Positions 22,264 to 32,675 of a stretch of DNA of 64,000 nt are shown here, one piece after another. The DNA comes from an uncultured Methanoregulaceae archaeon (GTDB lineage: Archaea; Halobacteriota; Methanomicrobia; Methanomicrobiales; Methanospirillaceae). The notes under the pieces were generated by a model. The model saw only the letters and a list, made by a program, of their open reading frames with translations, ran no database searches and was not told the DNA's origin. How positions within the stretch are numbered: position 1 is the stretch's first letter; every line of letters begins with the position of its first letter. The stretch covers positions 256,001-320,000 of the forward strand of contig OY969564.1 in the NCBI GenBank assembly GCA_963701095.1, in the 5' to 3' direction. A program made the translations under genes and the position numbers.

Positions 22264-23250
22264 GTGCCGGCGACATTAAAGGCAGGGGATATGGTCAGTG
22301 GTTACAATATTATAGGATTACTTGGTCAAGGCGGGTTTAGCCAGATCTATAAGGCACATTCCCCCGATGGCACACAGGTTATCCTTAAGTTTCCTGATGT
22401 ATCCATGCTTGGCGATCAGGCAACCTACGAACGGTTCCGCCGGGAGGTTGCTATCGGACAGAAGCTTGACCATCCGGCAATTCCTCATACAATCAGCTTT
22501 ATTGAGGGGCCAGACTCCGTCTTCCTCGTTATGGAATATATCGAAGGTCCGTCGCTTCGTGAATACATTACCGAAAAAGCACCCCTCCCTATCAAAGAAG
22601 GACTTTTACTCGCCGACCAGCTTGCTGAAGCCATTGATTACCTACATTCTCACGGCGTCTGTCACCGGGATCTCAAACCGGAGAATATCATTGTCGGGCC
22701 GGATAACAGTATCCATATCCTTGATTTTGGAAGTGCTTTGCTTGAAGGTTCCCGGCGTGTAACATGGCGGTGGGCGTCAAACGCTTTTGGAACGCCGGAT
22801 TATATGGCGCCCGAGCAGATCCAGGGAAAACGGGGGGATGTGCGTACCGACGTGTACGCACTCGGGATGATAGTGTATGAGATGCTTGCTGGGGCCCTGC
22901 CTTTTGAAGGAGATAATGTCCTTGCGGTGATGAACCAGCACCTGACGGGAGTCCCGGTTTCCCTTTGCAGTTTTCAACCCTCTATTCCAGCCGGGATCGA
23001 GGCTGTGATAATGAAATCCATACGCCGCGACCCCGATGAACGTTACCGGTCAGCGAGCGCTTTCAAGAAAGATCTTGATAATTATGCAGATCTGGATCTC
23101 TCTCAATTCCAGTCGAATCCTGAAGCTGCAGTAAGTGGTGGCGTACTTACTAACCACCAGATCTGGGTGCGGACTATCCTTGTTTTTGTCGGTTTCCTTG
23201 CATTGGTAGTATTAATTGTCCTTGCCGCATACCTGATGCACCATCATTAA
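22264..23250 (+). CDS. Hanks-type Ser/Thr protein kinase with C-terminal membrane anchor
   Basis: GQGGFS, ILKF, HRDLKPEN, DFG, GTPDYMAPE and DVYALG motifs; hydrophobic C-terminal helix. Confidence 0.93.
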   Translation: MPATLKAGDMVSGYNIIGLLGQGGFSQIYKAHSPDGTQVILKFPDVSMLGDQATYERFRREVAIGQKLDHPAIPHTISFIEGPDSVFLVMEYIEGPSLREYITEKAPLPIKEGLLLADQLAEAIDYLHSHGVCHRDLKPENIIVGPDNSIHILDFGSALLEGSRRVTWRWASNAFGTPDYMAPEQIQGKRGDVRTDVYALGMIVYEMLAGALPFEGDNVLAVMNQHLTGVPVSLCSFQPSIPAGIEAVIMKSIRRDPDERYRSASAFKKDLDNYADLDLSQFQSNPEAAVSGGVLTNHQIWVRTILVFVGFLALVVLIVLAAYLMHHH

Positions 23251-23279
23251 AAAAGTAAATTTATACAGGATCCGGGTTG

Positions 23280-23702
23280 TTATATCAGCGCCTTATCCCC
23301 CTGCTCTCCATTTCTGACCCGGATCGCACTGATCATCGGACAGACAAAGATTTTCCCGTCTCCGTGATGCCCGGTCTGGTTTGTGGTGATAAGTGTATCA
23401 ATTATGGGCCTTACGTCACTATCATTTGCGACTATGATAAGCATTCTTTTCGGAGAAAAACCGCGTTCCCGCTCATTTTCAGCCAGCCGGTTGTCCAGGT
23501 CTGTCAATGTATGAACCACATCCCGTCTCTGGAGTATACCTTTGACGGTGTAAGATGGATTTTTACCACGTAGAAACTGGGATTTGCTCGAGCCTCTCCC
23601 CGTAACATGCAAAAATGTTAAACCTGTGACGCCGAGATTCTTCAGGGCGTACTTGGTTTCTTCCACTTTCTCAGTTCTGATTATAGCGATGATCTTCTTC
23701 AT
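23280..23702 (-). CDS. PII-family protein, NifI2-like (extended T-loop)
   Basis: IAIIR, TGRG, long insert, GDGKIFV, RVRNGEQG. Confidence 0.88.
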   Translation of the reverse strand: MKKIIAIIRTEKVEETKYALKNLGVTGLTFLHVTGRGSSKSQFLRGKNPSYTVKGILQRRDVVHTLTDLDNRLAENERERGFSPKRMLIIVANDSDVRPIIDTLITTNQTGHHGDGKIFVCPMISAIRVRNGEQGDKALI

Positions 23703-24070
23703 AGGCTAGTTTCGGTCTTTGCTGGAAGACTCGAATCATTCTTACGTGTTTCAGCGGTCCTGATCGTATACGCATCATCGACGTAGGTAACGAAGATCTT
23801 GCCGTCCCCGACAGCCCCATGCCCGGGATTCTCTTTCTGCCAGGTCTTTGCCATGGTGCTGATAATTTTTACCGCTCTCGCAACATCGATATCAGGAAGT
23901 ACGAGCATAAGCATCTCTTTAGGTATCTCCGAATAATTTGCCGTGACACCTATCTCAGCACCATGACCGGTGACATGCAAACGGGTCATTGCCGAAATGC
24001 CGATCTTCTCCAGTGCATCGATTACTTTTTGCGAATATTCCGGCCGGATAATAGCCCAAATCATTTTCAT
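23699..24070 (-). CDS. PII-family protein, NifI1-like (short T-loop)
   Basis: MKMIWAIIRPE, YSEIPKEML and GDGKIFV motifs; ATGA overlap with the next PII gene. Confidence 0.85.
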   Translation of the reverse strand: MKMIWAIIRPEYSQKVIDALEKIGISAMTRLHVTGHGAEIGVTANYSEIPKEMLMLVLPDIDVARAVKIISTMAKTWQKENPGHGAVGDGKIFVTYVDDAYTIRTAETRKNDSSLPAKTETSL

Positions 24071-24108
24071 CGATACACCGGTTCAAACATTCTTCCCACT
24101 TCACGCAG

Positions 24109-24977
24109 CTATCTTTTTCCAAGGAGCGTCCGCCATGAAAATGGATTAGCCGCTTGTTGTCCAAGGACCTCTATATGGAACATAATGCCCGTGATATTAT
24201 CCGGTGCCCCTCCGCTGAGCGCGAGCCTGACTAGTTTTTCACATCCCCTGCTCATATCAGTCTCCTCTAATGCGGAACGTATCTCTTCCTCAGTAAGTTC
24301 TGACCATAAACCATCGCTGCAGAGGAGGTATGTGTCGCCTTGCTTCACCGGCTGCCGGGTAATATCAGCATTCATGAACGGGTCCCCGCCAACAGAACGG
24401 GTAAGTTGGTGCCGGCCCGGTGATTTGATGCTTGACCCGAGGAGATCATGTGGAGCTGGAGCATGTCGCTTGCCATGGTATGATCCCGGGTCAGCTGATA
24501 GATATGGCCATCTCTCATCCGGTAGAGGCGGCAGTCACCAACATGGCCAAGAGTCAATAAATCATTTTCTAACACGGCAATAGTCAAAGTAGTCTGCATT
24601 TTCTGGAATAGTTCCGGATCGGTTTGAGCCACGCAGAAAATCTTCTGGTTTGCTTTCTGCATTGCCCGATTAACCATACTGTCTGCCTGTCCTCCATGCC
24701 AGGCATGGAACTCCTCTTTTATGGCTTTAAGTGCCATCCTGCTTGCGATGGCACCACCCCGGTGACCGCCCAGACCGTCGGCAACTGCAAAGATATATCG
24801 AGAAGACGATTCAGTGTCGGTTTTTCCATTGATAACGTGAGTAACCCAGTGGGCATCTTCGTTCTGCGAACGTGTCAGACCCTGATGAGTAATAGCCCGC
24901 CAGGTAACGATTACACCAATCAGGTGGGGCGTCTTGTCTGTCTGGGCAGTTATCGCATTTTCTTCCATAGTGACCAC
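24109..24977 (-). CDS. PP2C/PPM Ser/Thr phosphatase, frameshift near 24430
   Basis: RSQNED, VADGLGG, HVGDCR and LTRDH in ORF 24372-24977; CSDGL and PDNIT in ORF 24109-24375. Confidence 0.9.
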
Positions 24978-25100
24978 AATGACTCGATCTATAATTAAAA
25001 GATATAGGTACCGGGTCTAGCAGATTACCTGCAAGATACCTCTACCTTTCTTCTTTTGACTCCGGTCAGATATTTTCTCATCTTTTGCAATGTGGTAAGG

Positions 25101-26681
25101 CTATGAATCATCCTGTTCAAGTCCGGTTGCCTGTGGCAAGTGCCCTGTCATAATGGGACCACCCTGTTTTTTCGTATTGGAGATAAACCAGACTGCACCG
25201 GCCACGAGCCAGACAATCACCATCGCAATCGCAATCAGTGCATCAGTTGCCGAGCTACCTCCGGAGCTGATACCTAGCCAGACGACTGCACCAAGCATAA
25301 CGATGTTTGCAAGAAAACCAAGCAGCGGAACTACCCGGTGTTTTAAGAAATTGGCATCAGGGCGGTGGAAGAAAGCCCAGAGTGCAATGAGGTTGGTCAG
25401 GCCATACAGGAGGAACGTGCCGGTATTAGATGCAAGCGTAATCTGTGTCAGGTTATCGATATTCAGGACACCGTATGCACCCAGCACGGCGGATATCCCG
25501 ACAAGGATCCAGATACCGTAGTGCGGTGTATCATATTTCCCGTGAAGAAGGCCAAGGAGTGTTGGCATCTCTTTGTCTTTTCCCATGGCATAAGTAATCC
25601 GTACCCCGGTGTTAAAGCAGGCAAGGGTTGTCCCGATCAGTGCGAGTACCACTGTTGCAGCCATAATTAAGACTAATACAAAACCCGTCCCGCCGAGCAT
25701 CTGGTCGCCGATTACCCGGATCATGTCACCGATTGGTGCCCCGGAAGCCGCCGTTGCCGCATACCCTGAGATCGCCGCTCCCGTCGCATCCGTTCCCGTT
25801 AGTTGGGGGCCGACAAAATAATTGGCGGCGAAGTATTCGAACAGATAGGCGAATGCACCCTGAATGATGAGGGAGAGCAGGATTGCTTTTTTAATATCCT
25901 GTTTTGGCCGGAGCGCTTCTGAGCCCAGTGATGTCACCGATTCGAACCCTACCAGCAATAGTATGGCAATGGTTGACTGGAACAACAGGTTTGTGAAGTT
26001 GTGCGGTATGAGAATTGTTGAAACCGAGGTGGCATACACCAAGTTGGGGTGGGTCTCCCGGTAGAGGATTGCCAGAATCGAAAACCCGATAAGGGCTACT
26101 AACTGGATTGTGTTGATGACAATCGCAGTCATTGTCGAACCGGTTATTCCACGGTATGCAATATATCCGTTGAGTAGGGCAAACAAAATTGCAACTAGGA
26201 TCTGTTCCGGCACTGAAAGGGCAATTCCAAAGAGGCCGAAGATATAAACAATCAGGATAGCTGAAAAAGCCACCATGATACCCGGATAGATCCAGTAGTA
26301 CAGATGCGATATCCAGCCGACAAGGAATTTAGCGACTCGTGCCCATTGCCGATGTCCCGCTTTTTCTTTCTCAAGAAATGAGGCTTCCGCATAATAATAG
26401 GAAGAGCCGGAACCGGCTTTGGGATAGATGTTTGCTAATTCTGCGTAAGATATAGCGGTTAAAAACGCAAGAACAAGCGCGGCCAGGAGGCCAGTCCACA
26501 TCTCTCCGGCAGTTGTTACACCCCCATTGGTCTGTGCTGCTTGTACCTGAAATGTGGTCCAGAGAAATGCCCCGGGCGCAATCAATGCCATCGCATTGAC
26601 CAGAAGCGAGGTCAAATTCAGTGTGCGTTTCATTGTTCCGGTTTTTGGGGCAGTTGTTGTTGGATTTCCTTCCTCTGTCAT
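25101..26681 (-). CDS. APC-superfamily amino acid/amine permease
   Basis: About 12 TM helices; SYAELA, LVGFES and RITYAMG motifs; ATG 26681 preceded by AAGGAGA. Confidence 0.88.
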   Translation of the reverse strand: MTEEGNPTTTAPKTGTMKRTLNLTSLLVNAMALIAPGAFLWTTFQVQAAQTNGGVTTAGEMWTGLLAALVLAFLTAISYAELANIYPKAGSGSSYYYAEASFLEKEKAGHRQWARVAKFLVGWISHLYYWIYPGIMVAFSAILIVYIFGLFGIALSVPEQILVAILFALLNGYIAYRGITGSTMTAIVINTIQLVALIGFSILAILYRETHPNLVYATSVSTILIPHNFTNLLFQSTIAILLLVGFESVTSLGSEALRPKQDIKKAILLSLIIQGAFAYLFEYFAANYFVGPQLTGTDATGAAISGYAATAASGAPIGDMIRVIGDQMLGGTGFVLVLIMAATVVLALIGTTLACFNTGVRITYAMGKDKEMPTLLGLLHGKYDTPHYGIWILVGISAVLGAYGVLNIDNLTQITLASNTGTFLLYGLTNLIALWAFFHRPDANFLKHRVVPLLGFLANIVMLGAVVWLGISSGGSSATDALIAIAMVIVWLVAGAVWFISNTKKQGGPIMTGHLPQATGLEQDDS

Positions 26682-26757
26682 CGTAATGCATCTCCTTGAA
26701 AGGACAAAGATTTTCAATCGAAACTGTAGACCTAATCATTAATCTGACTTAGGACAT

Positions 26758-26771
26758 GGAAAGTATATTCC
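26758..26771. promoter_or_regulatory. NrpR-type nitrogen operator GGAA-N6-TTCC
   Basis: Perfect GGAAAGTATATTCC, about 75 bp upstream of the APC start and just downstream of an AT-rich TATA-like stretch (26781-26800) on the minus strand. Confidence 0.75.
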
Positions 26772-26841
26772 TTCTATTGCTTAAAAATATATCTATTAAT
26801 ACATTTGAAGATCAAAAGAAAGGTATGGCGAAAATCTCTTC

Positions 26842-27844
26842 ATGTTTCAACTGCTTTTCAATATCTTGGGATACTATCCGGGAGAAAAGTCTGTGATGAA
26901 GATATTTGCCTGGATCACCGATCACCTTATTTACTTTGTATTGGGTGTCGGCATAGTGTCTTTTCTTTTTCCGGGACCGGGTTCCTTATTCGGATGGATT
27001 GTCACACCGGTTTTGGCATTAATGGTACTTTCTATCAGTATGACAATTAACGTCGGTGATTTAATTCGCGTAAGCAAATATCCGTTAGTTATTGTCTGGA
27101 GTGTGATCTTGCAATTTGTCGTAATGGCGCTTTTTTCAATACTTCTTGGAAGAATTTTTCTCTCCCCTATGACAGCTATGAACACCGGCCAGGTTCTCTT
27201 AGGATCTCTTCCTGCTGATATCTCCGCTCCTCTCATGATTTCCATTGTTGAAGGTGATACTGCACTTGGAATAGCGATGCTCGTGACTGCAATGGTGCTT
27301 ACACCCTTTGTCCTGCCCAATATTCTTACGCTCTTTGGTGGAATAACCCTGTCAGTACCAACAAGATACTTGGAAGTTGAGTTGGTAGGGATAATTATAA
27401 TTCCCTTGATTCTTGGGATAGTCTTAAACTATTATTCAGCTGAACGTCCGGGAAAAACGAGATACATGGCCAGGTTTGGCTGCCCTTTGTTATCTTCTGC
27501 TCCTGTTCGTCGTTGTTTCATCCAACGTCGGGACAATCGTCTCTTTAAAAGAATTCGCTTTTGTCATTATTGGTGTGGAAATATTGCTTAATCTCTTTGG
27601 TTATGGTCTAGCCTATCTGTCAAAGAGAATCTTTAAACAATCCCGGGCCACATTTCTTTCACTTTTATTCATCACTAGTACCAAGGAATTCGGTATTGCT
27701 CCTGCCGCCGTCAGCACAATGGAACTAAAAAATACCGTTACTATACCTTCGGTGTTTTATGCGGTCATCCAGATGATCTCTGCACCCGTGGTTGTAAAAA
27801 TAGTAAAGTATTGGGACTCTCGTACGCATGAAGAGCCTATTTGA
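26842..27844 (+). CDS. Bile acid:Na+ symporter (BASS) family transporter, frameshift near 27450
   Basis: Hydrophobic protein with LQFVVM, PADISAP and GDTALG segments; C-terminal half in ORF 27476-27844. Confidence 0.7.
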
Positions 27845-28107
27845 TGAATCAGTTTGTATTTGGAGATTACATTTCGGGCCCTCACCGTTAGATCAAAGAT
27901 TTAGTGGCGCGTAGCTGAGCTGAATCTAAAAACCGGTTGAGAATACGTTTGGCATTCAACGTCGAGATTAGTAAACTATATAAAACAAAGATCGCACTTT
28001 CCTTCCACAATTTTTTTATAATAAAAGATGGAACGCAGCTAATGTGAATGCTTTACAAGCATCTCATGATGAAGGTGTATTCCATTGGGGCGTCGTCTCT
28101 TTGGTCG

Positions 28108-30501
28108 ATGATCAAAAAACAGATCAAACCAGCTGTAATCCTGTTTCTTTTACTCACGATTCTCGTGGGCATCGTTTACCCGTTGGTTGTAACCGGTATC
28201 GCTCAGGTGATCTTCCCCACACAGGCAAATGGGGATCTTATTGTTCATGATGGAAATGTTGTAGGATCTTCTCTCATAGGCCAACCGTTTTCCTCCCCGG
28301 AATATTTCTGGGGGCGTCTTTCTGCTACATCACCGATTCCCTACAATGCGGAAGCTTCCGGTGGTTCAAATTTAGGCCCGCAGAACCCTGCACTTATTTC
28401 AGAAGTTCATGCCCGGATAGATGATCTTCATGCAGTTGATCCGAATAATACGCAGCTTATTCCTGTTGATCTGGTAACGTCTTCGGGAAGTGGGCTTGAT
28501 CCGGATATCAGCCCGGCGGCAGCGTATTATCAGGTCCCACGGGTCGCCCGGGTGAGGAATCTTTCTGAAAACGACGTTTCTGCACTGGTGGCGGCCAACA
28601 CTGAAAACCCCTTACTTGGGCTATTTGGTGAGCCGGCAGTAAATGTCCTGAACCTGAATCTGGCACTCGATGATTTGAACGCCCATACAACTACGGCTCC
28701 AAAAGAGGCAGTTCCCCTAAATCAGCACACAAACACGATGTTCGGAATTACGATCAATGACTGGGTCTTCCTTGTCCTGATTGGTGTGATTCTTGCACTC
28801 CTCCTGGTTCCTATGGGGGAGTTTATGTTCCGGATTTATACCGGCAAACAGACATTCCTTTCACCGGTATTCATTCCCCTGGAAGGATGGCTCCTAAAGG
28901 TGTGCGGTGCCGGAAGTGATACCGAAATGGACTGGAAGGAGTTTACTGTCGCGATGATGGTATTTTCCGTTATCGGGATCGCGTTTGTTTTCATCCTTCA
29001 GGAAGTCCAGCAGTATCTCCCGCTCAACCCCCTCGCTGCCGGCCCCGTTTCCTGGGACCTCTCATTAAACACTGCCGTAAGTTTTGCCACAAACACCAAT
29101 TGGCAGTTCTACGTCCCGGAAACGACAATCAGTTACCTGACGCAGATGATGGGACTTGCTGTCCAGAACTTCATGTCTGCTGCCGTAGGTATGGCAGTCC
29201 TTGTTGCTTTCATTTACGGTTTCTCTCGGAGGTCAACCCTTACCATTGGCAACTTCTGGGTGCTCTTACTCCGGGGAATCTGGATTCTCTTACCGATTAG
29301 TTTCGTCATAGCCCTTGTTCTTGTCTCGCAAGGAACACCCCAGACATTTGGCGGGCCTGTGACAGTTCCAATCCTTAATCCCGTGAATGACTCAAATGGT
29401 AACCTTGTAACGACGCAATCCCTATCACTGGGACCTGCGGCATCTCAGATTGCCATAAAAATGCTTGGTACGAATGGTGGAGGATTCTTTAATGCCAACT
29501 CGGCCCATCCTTACGAAAATCCGACGTGGTTATCGAATCTTATTGAGATTATTGCCATTCTCCTGATACCCATATCCCTGTGTTTCATGTTCGGGAAGAT
29601 GATAGGATCAGTAAAGAAGGGGATGGCTGTCCTTATTGCGATGACCATTCTCTTCCTTCCCCTCCTGGGTCTTGGCATTTATTCGGAAATGGGCGGAAAC
29701 CCGGCATTCACTCCGCTCGGGATTGACCAGACTCCCTCGCATCTCCAACCCGGGGGCAACATGGAGGGGAAGGAAGTTCGGTTCGGGATTGTCCCTTCAG
29801 CGGCCTTCTCAGTTATCACGACGGTAACCAGTTGCGGTGCGGTAAATTCAATGCATGATTCCTTCATGCCGCTGGGGGGACTGGTCCAGATATTCGACAT
29901 CCAGTTGGGTGAAATTGTCTACGGCGGTGTCGGTTCCGGCCTGTACTGTATGCTGGTGTTCATCATCATTGCAATGTTTATCGCCGGATTAATGGTAGGT
30001 CGAACGCCGGAATTGTACGGCAAGAAGATTGAGCCGTACGAGATGAAACTGTCCACTATCCACATTCTTATCCCCATCTTTTTGATCCTGATTGGAACCG
30101 CTATCGCAGTGTCGATTACAGCAGGCACTTCCGCGGTCTTTAACCCGGGGCCGCATGGCTTCTCCGAGATCCTGTACGCGTTCAGTTCAGTATCCCAGAA
30201 CAATGGCAGTGCTTTTGCAGGGTTGTCTTCAAACCTGTTTTACAACATATCAACAGCAATCTGCATGTTCATCGGGCGCTATGCTATCGCCATCATCACG
30301 CTCGCTCTCGCCGGGGCGTTTGTTAAGAAGAAGATTGTGCCTGCATCCGAAGGGACATTGCAGGACCACCGGCCGCTCTTTATTATCTGGGTAATTGGTA
30401 CTATCCTCATCATTGGAGCGCTTAGTTTCCTGCCGGCCTTGTCCCTTGGTCCCATTGTAGAATTCCTGATCCAGTTGGGAAGGAGTGTTATCCATGTCTG
30501 A
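28108..30501 (+). CDS. kdpA: Fused KdpC-KdpA subunit of the K+-transporting ATPase
   Basis: KdpC motifs (GSSLIGQPF, SGGSNLGP, TSSGSGLDPDIS, VNVLNLNLALD) then in-frame KdpA filters NTNWQ, LGTNGGG, SCGAVN and NNGSAF. Confidence 0.93.
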   Translation: MIKKQIKPAVILFLLLTILVGIVYPLVVTGIAQVIFPTQANGDLIVHDGNVVGSSLIGQPFSSPEYFWGRLSATSPIPYNAEASGGSNLGPQNPALISEVHARIDDLHAVDPNNTQLIPVDLVTSSGSGLDPDISPAAAYYQVPRVARVRNLSENDVSALVAANTENPLLGLFGEPAVNVLNLNLALDDLNAHTTTAPKEAVPLNQHTNTMFGITINDWVFLVLIGVILALLLVPMGEFMFRIYTGKQTFLSPVFIPLEGWLLKVCGAGSDTEMDWKEFTVAMMVFSVIGIAFVFILQEVQQYLPLNPLAAGPVSWDLSLNTAVSFATNTNWQFYVPETTISYLTQMMGLAVQNFMSAAVGMAVLVAFIYGFSRRSTLTIGNFWVLLLRGIWILLPISFVIALVLVSQGTPQTFGGPVTVPILNPVNDSNGNLVTTQSLSLGPAASQIAIKMLGTNGGGFFNANSAHPYENPTWLSNLIEIIAILLIPISLCFMFGKMIGSVKKGMAVLIAMTILFLPLLGLGIYSEMGGNPAFTPLGIDQTPSHLQPGGNMEGKEVRFGIVPSAAFSVITTVTSCGAVNSMHDSFMPLGGLVQIFDIQLGEIVYGGVGSGLYCMLVFIIIAMFIAGLMVGRTPELYGKKIEPYEMKLSTIHILIPIFLILIGTAIAVSITAGTSAVFNPGPHGFSEILYAFSSVSQNNGSAFAGLSSNLFYNISTAICMFIGRYAIAIITLALAGAFVKKKIVPASEGTLQDHRPLFIIWVIGTILIIGALSFLPALSLGPIVEFLIQLGRSVIHV

Positions 30502-32586
30502 ACATTCAGGGTCCAAAGTCCCGCTCCGGATCAGTATGCGCTCTACCGGCGTGCTATCATCGATTCATTCATCAAACTCGACCCAAGGACGTTGTATCAC
30601 AATGTAGTGATGTTTACCGTTGAGATTGGTAGCGTACTCACCACCCTTCTCTGGATCCAGGCACTCCTTGGGCACGGTGAAGCACCGGCAGGATTTATCG
30701 GTGCTGTATCAATCTGGCTCTGGTTCACGGTTCTTTTTGCAAACTTTGCCGAAGCGCTCGCCGAAGGCAGGGGAAAAGCCCAGGCTGAAGCACTGCGTAA
30801 AATGCGACAGGATACTGCAGGAAAGAAACTGAATTCAGAGTATATTGTCGTAAAAGGAAAAGAGCCGGAACCTTCAGATTATACCGTTGTTTCTTCGGCG
30901 GTCCTGCGCAAAAATGATGTCTTCTATGTCAAAGCCGGCGACACAATCCCGGTAGATGGCGAGGTGATTGAAGGCATCGCATCCATCAACGAAAGCGCCA
31001 TTACCGGGGAAAGTGCGCCAGTGATTCGCGAATCCGGTGGCGATCGCAGTGCCGTCACGGGAGGAACAAGTATCCTTTCAGACTGGCTCGTTGTCCGAGT
31101 GAGTGCAGATCCGGGGGAAGGCTTCCTCGATCGTATGATCTCTCTCATTGAAGGAGCCAAACGGCAGAAAACACCCAACGAGGTAGCGCTTAATATCCTC
31201 CTTGTCGGCCTGACTTCCATCTTTGTCGTTGTGTCTGCGACCCTCTATGCATTCTCGGCATACAGCGTCCAGTCTGCCGGTGCCGGGACGACAGTTACAA
31301 TCACCGTCCTTGTGGCACTTTTTGTTTGTCTTGCACCAACTACAATTGGGGGTCTCCTCTCAGCCATCGGTATCGCAGGCATGGACCGGTTGATCCGGAA
31401 GAACGTGATTACAACTTCCGGGAGAGCCATTGAGGCTGCCGGGGATGTGGATGTCCTTCTCCTTGACAAGACCGGGACAATCACGCTCGGGAACCGTCAA
31501 GCCGTGGAATTTATCCCGGTTGACAATGTGGAAATTGCGGATCTTGCGGAAAATGCCCAGCTTGCATCTCTTGCAGATGAGACTCCCGAAGGCCGTAGCA
31601 TTGTCGTTCTGGCTAAGGAGAAGTATGATCTTCGGGGAAGGACTGTTGGAGACGGTAACGAAATGCAGTTCATCCCGTTCACCAGCCAGACCCGGATGAG
31701 CGGCGTGGATAATGATGGTATCCGTATTCGCAAAGGCGCGGCAGACGCAATATATGAATACATCGAGAACAGCGGTGAGATAGTATCCGAGAATCTCAAA
31801 ACGGTTGTTGAGATGATTTCACGGGCTGGAGGCACACCCCTTGTTGTCGCGAAAAACGGGAAAGCTCTCGGTGTTATTCATTTAAAAGATATTGTGAAAG
31901 GCGGTATAAAAGAACGGTTTGCCCAGCTGCGGAAGATGGGTATCAAAACGGTGATGATCACCGGTGATAACCGTCTTACCGCAGCAACGATAGCCGCAGA
32001 AGCCGGTGTCGATGATTTCCTCGCAGAAGCTACCCCCGAAAGCAAACTGAAGCTGATCCGTGAATATCAGACCGGTGGAAGAATGGTAGCCATGACCGGC
32101 GACGGGACAAATGACGCCCCGGCACTTGCCCAGGCAGACGTTGCGGTTGCCATGAACACCGGGACCCAGCCGGCCCGCGAAGCGGCAAACATGGTGGATC
32201 TCGATTCCAACCCGACTAAACTGATTGATATTGTTGAGATCGGGAAGCAGCTCCTCATGACCCGTGGAGCCCTGACAACATTCTCGATAGCAAATGATGT
32301 GGCGAAATATTTTGCAATAATCCCGGTCGCTTTTGCCTCAACCTACCCGGCACTTGGCGCCATGAACATTCTCGGGCTCCATGATGGCATCCTGTCCGCA
32401 GTTATCTTCAATGCAATTATTATCGTGATTCTCATTCCCCTGGCGCTTCATGGGGTGAAGTACCGGGCAATGTCTGCCGAGGAGTCATTGCGGAACAACA
32501 TTCTCATCTACGGTATTGGCGGACTGATCGCCCCGTTTATAGGGATAAAAATTATCGATATGCTGCTCCTGTTTTTGGGAGTATGA
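30494..32586 (+). CDS. kdpB: K+-transporting P-type ATPase KdpB, frameshift near 30520
   Basis: [39 protein letters not shown] and [10 protein letters not shown] motifs. Confidence 0.96.
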
Positions 32587-32675
32587 AAATTCAATACAGC
32601 AGTTCCGGCTGAACAGAGGCCGGCATACAATCCATTTTTCCCTCTCGGTCTTGTGTATATTGCCAAGAACGCACT

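Noticed and set aside
23819..24583. Long antisense ORF (254 aa) and similar shadow ORFs across the window
   Set aside because: They lie opposite well-supported genes and carry no motifs
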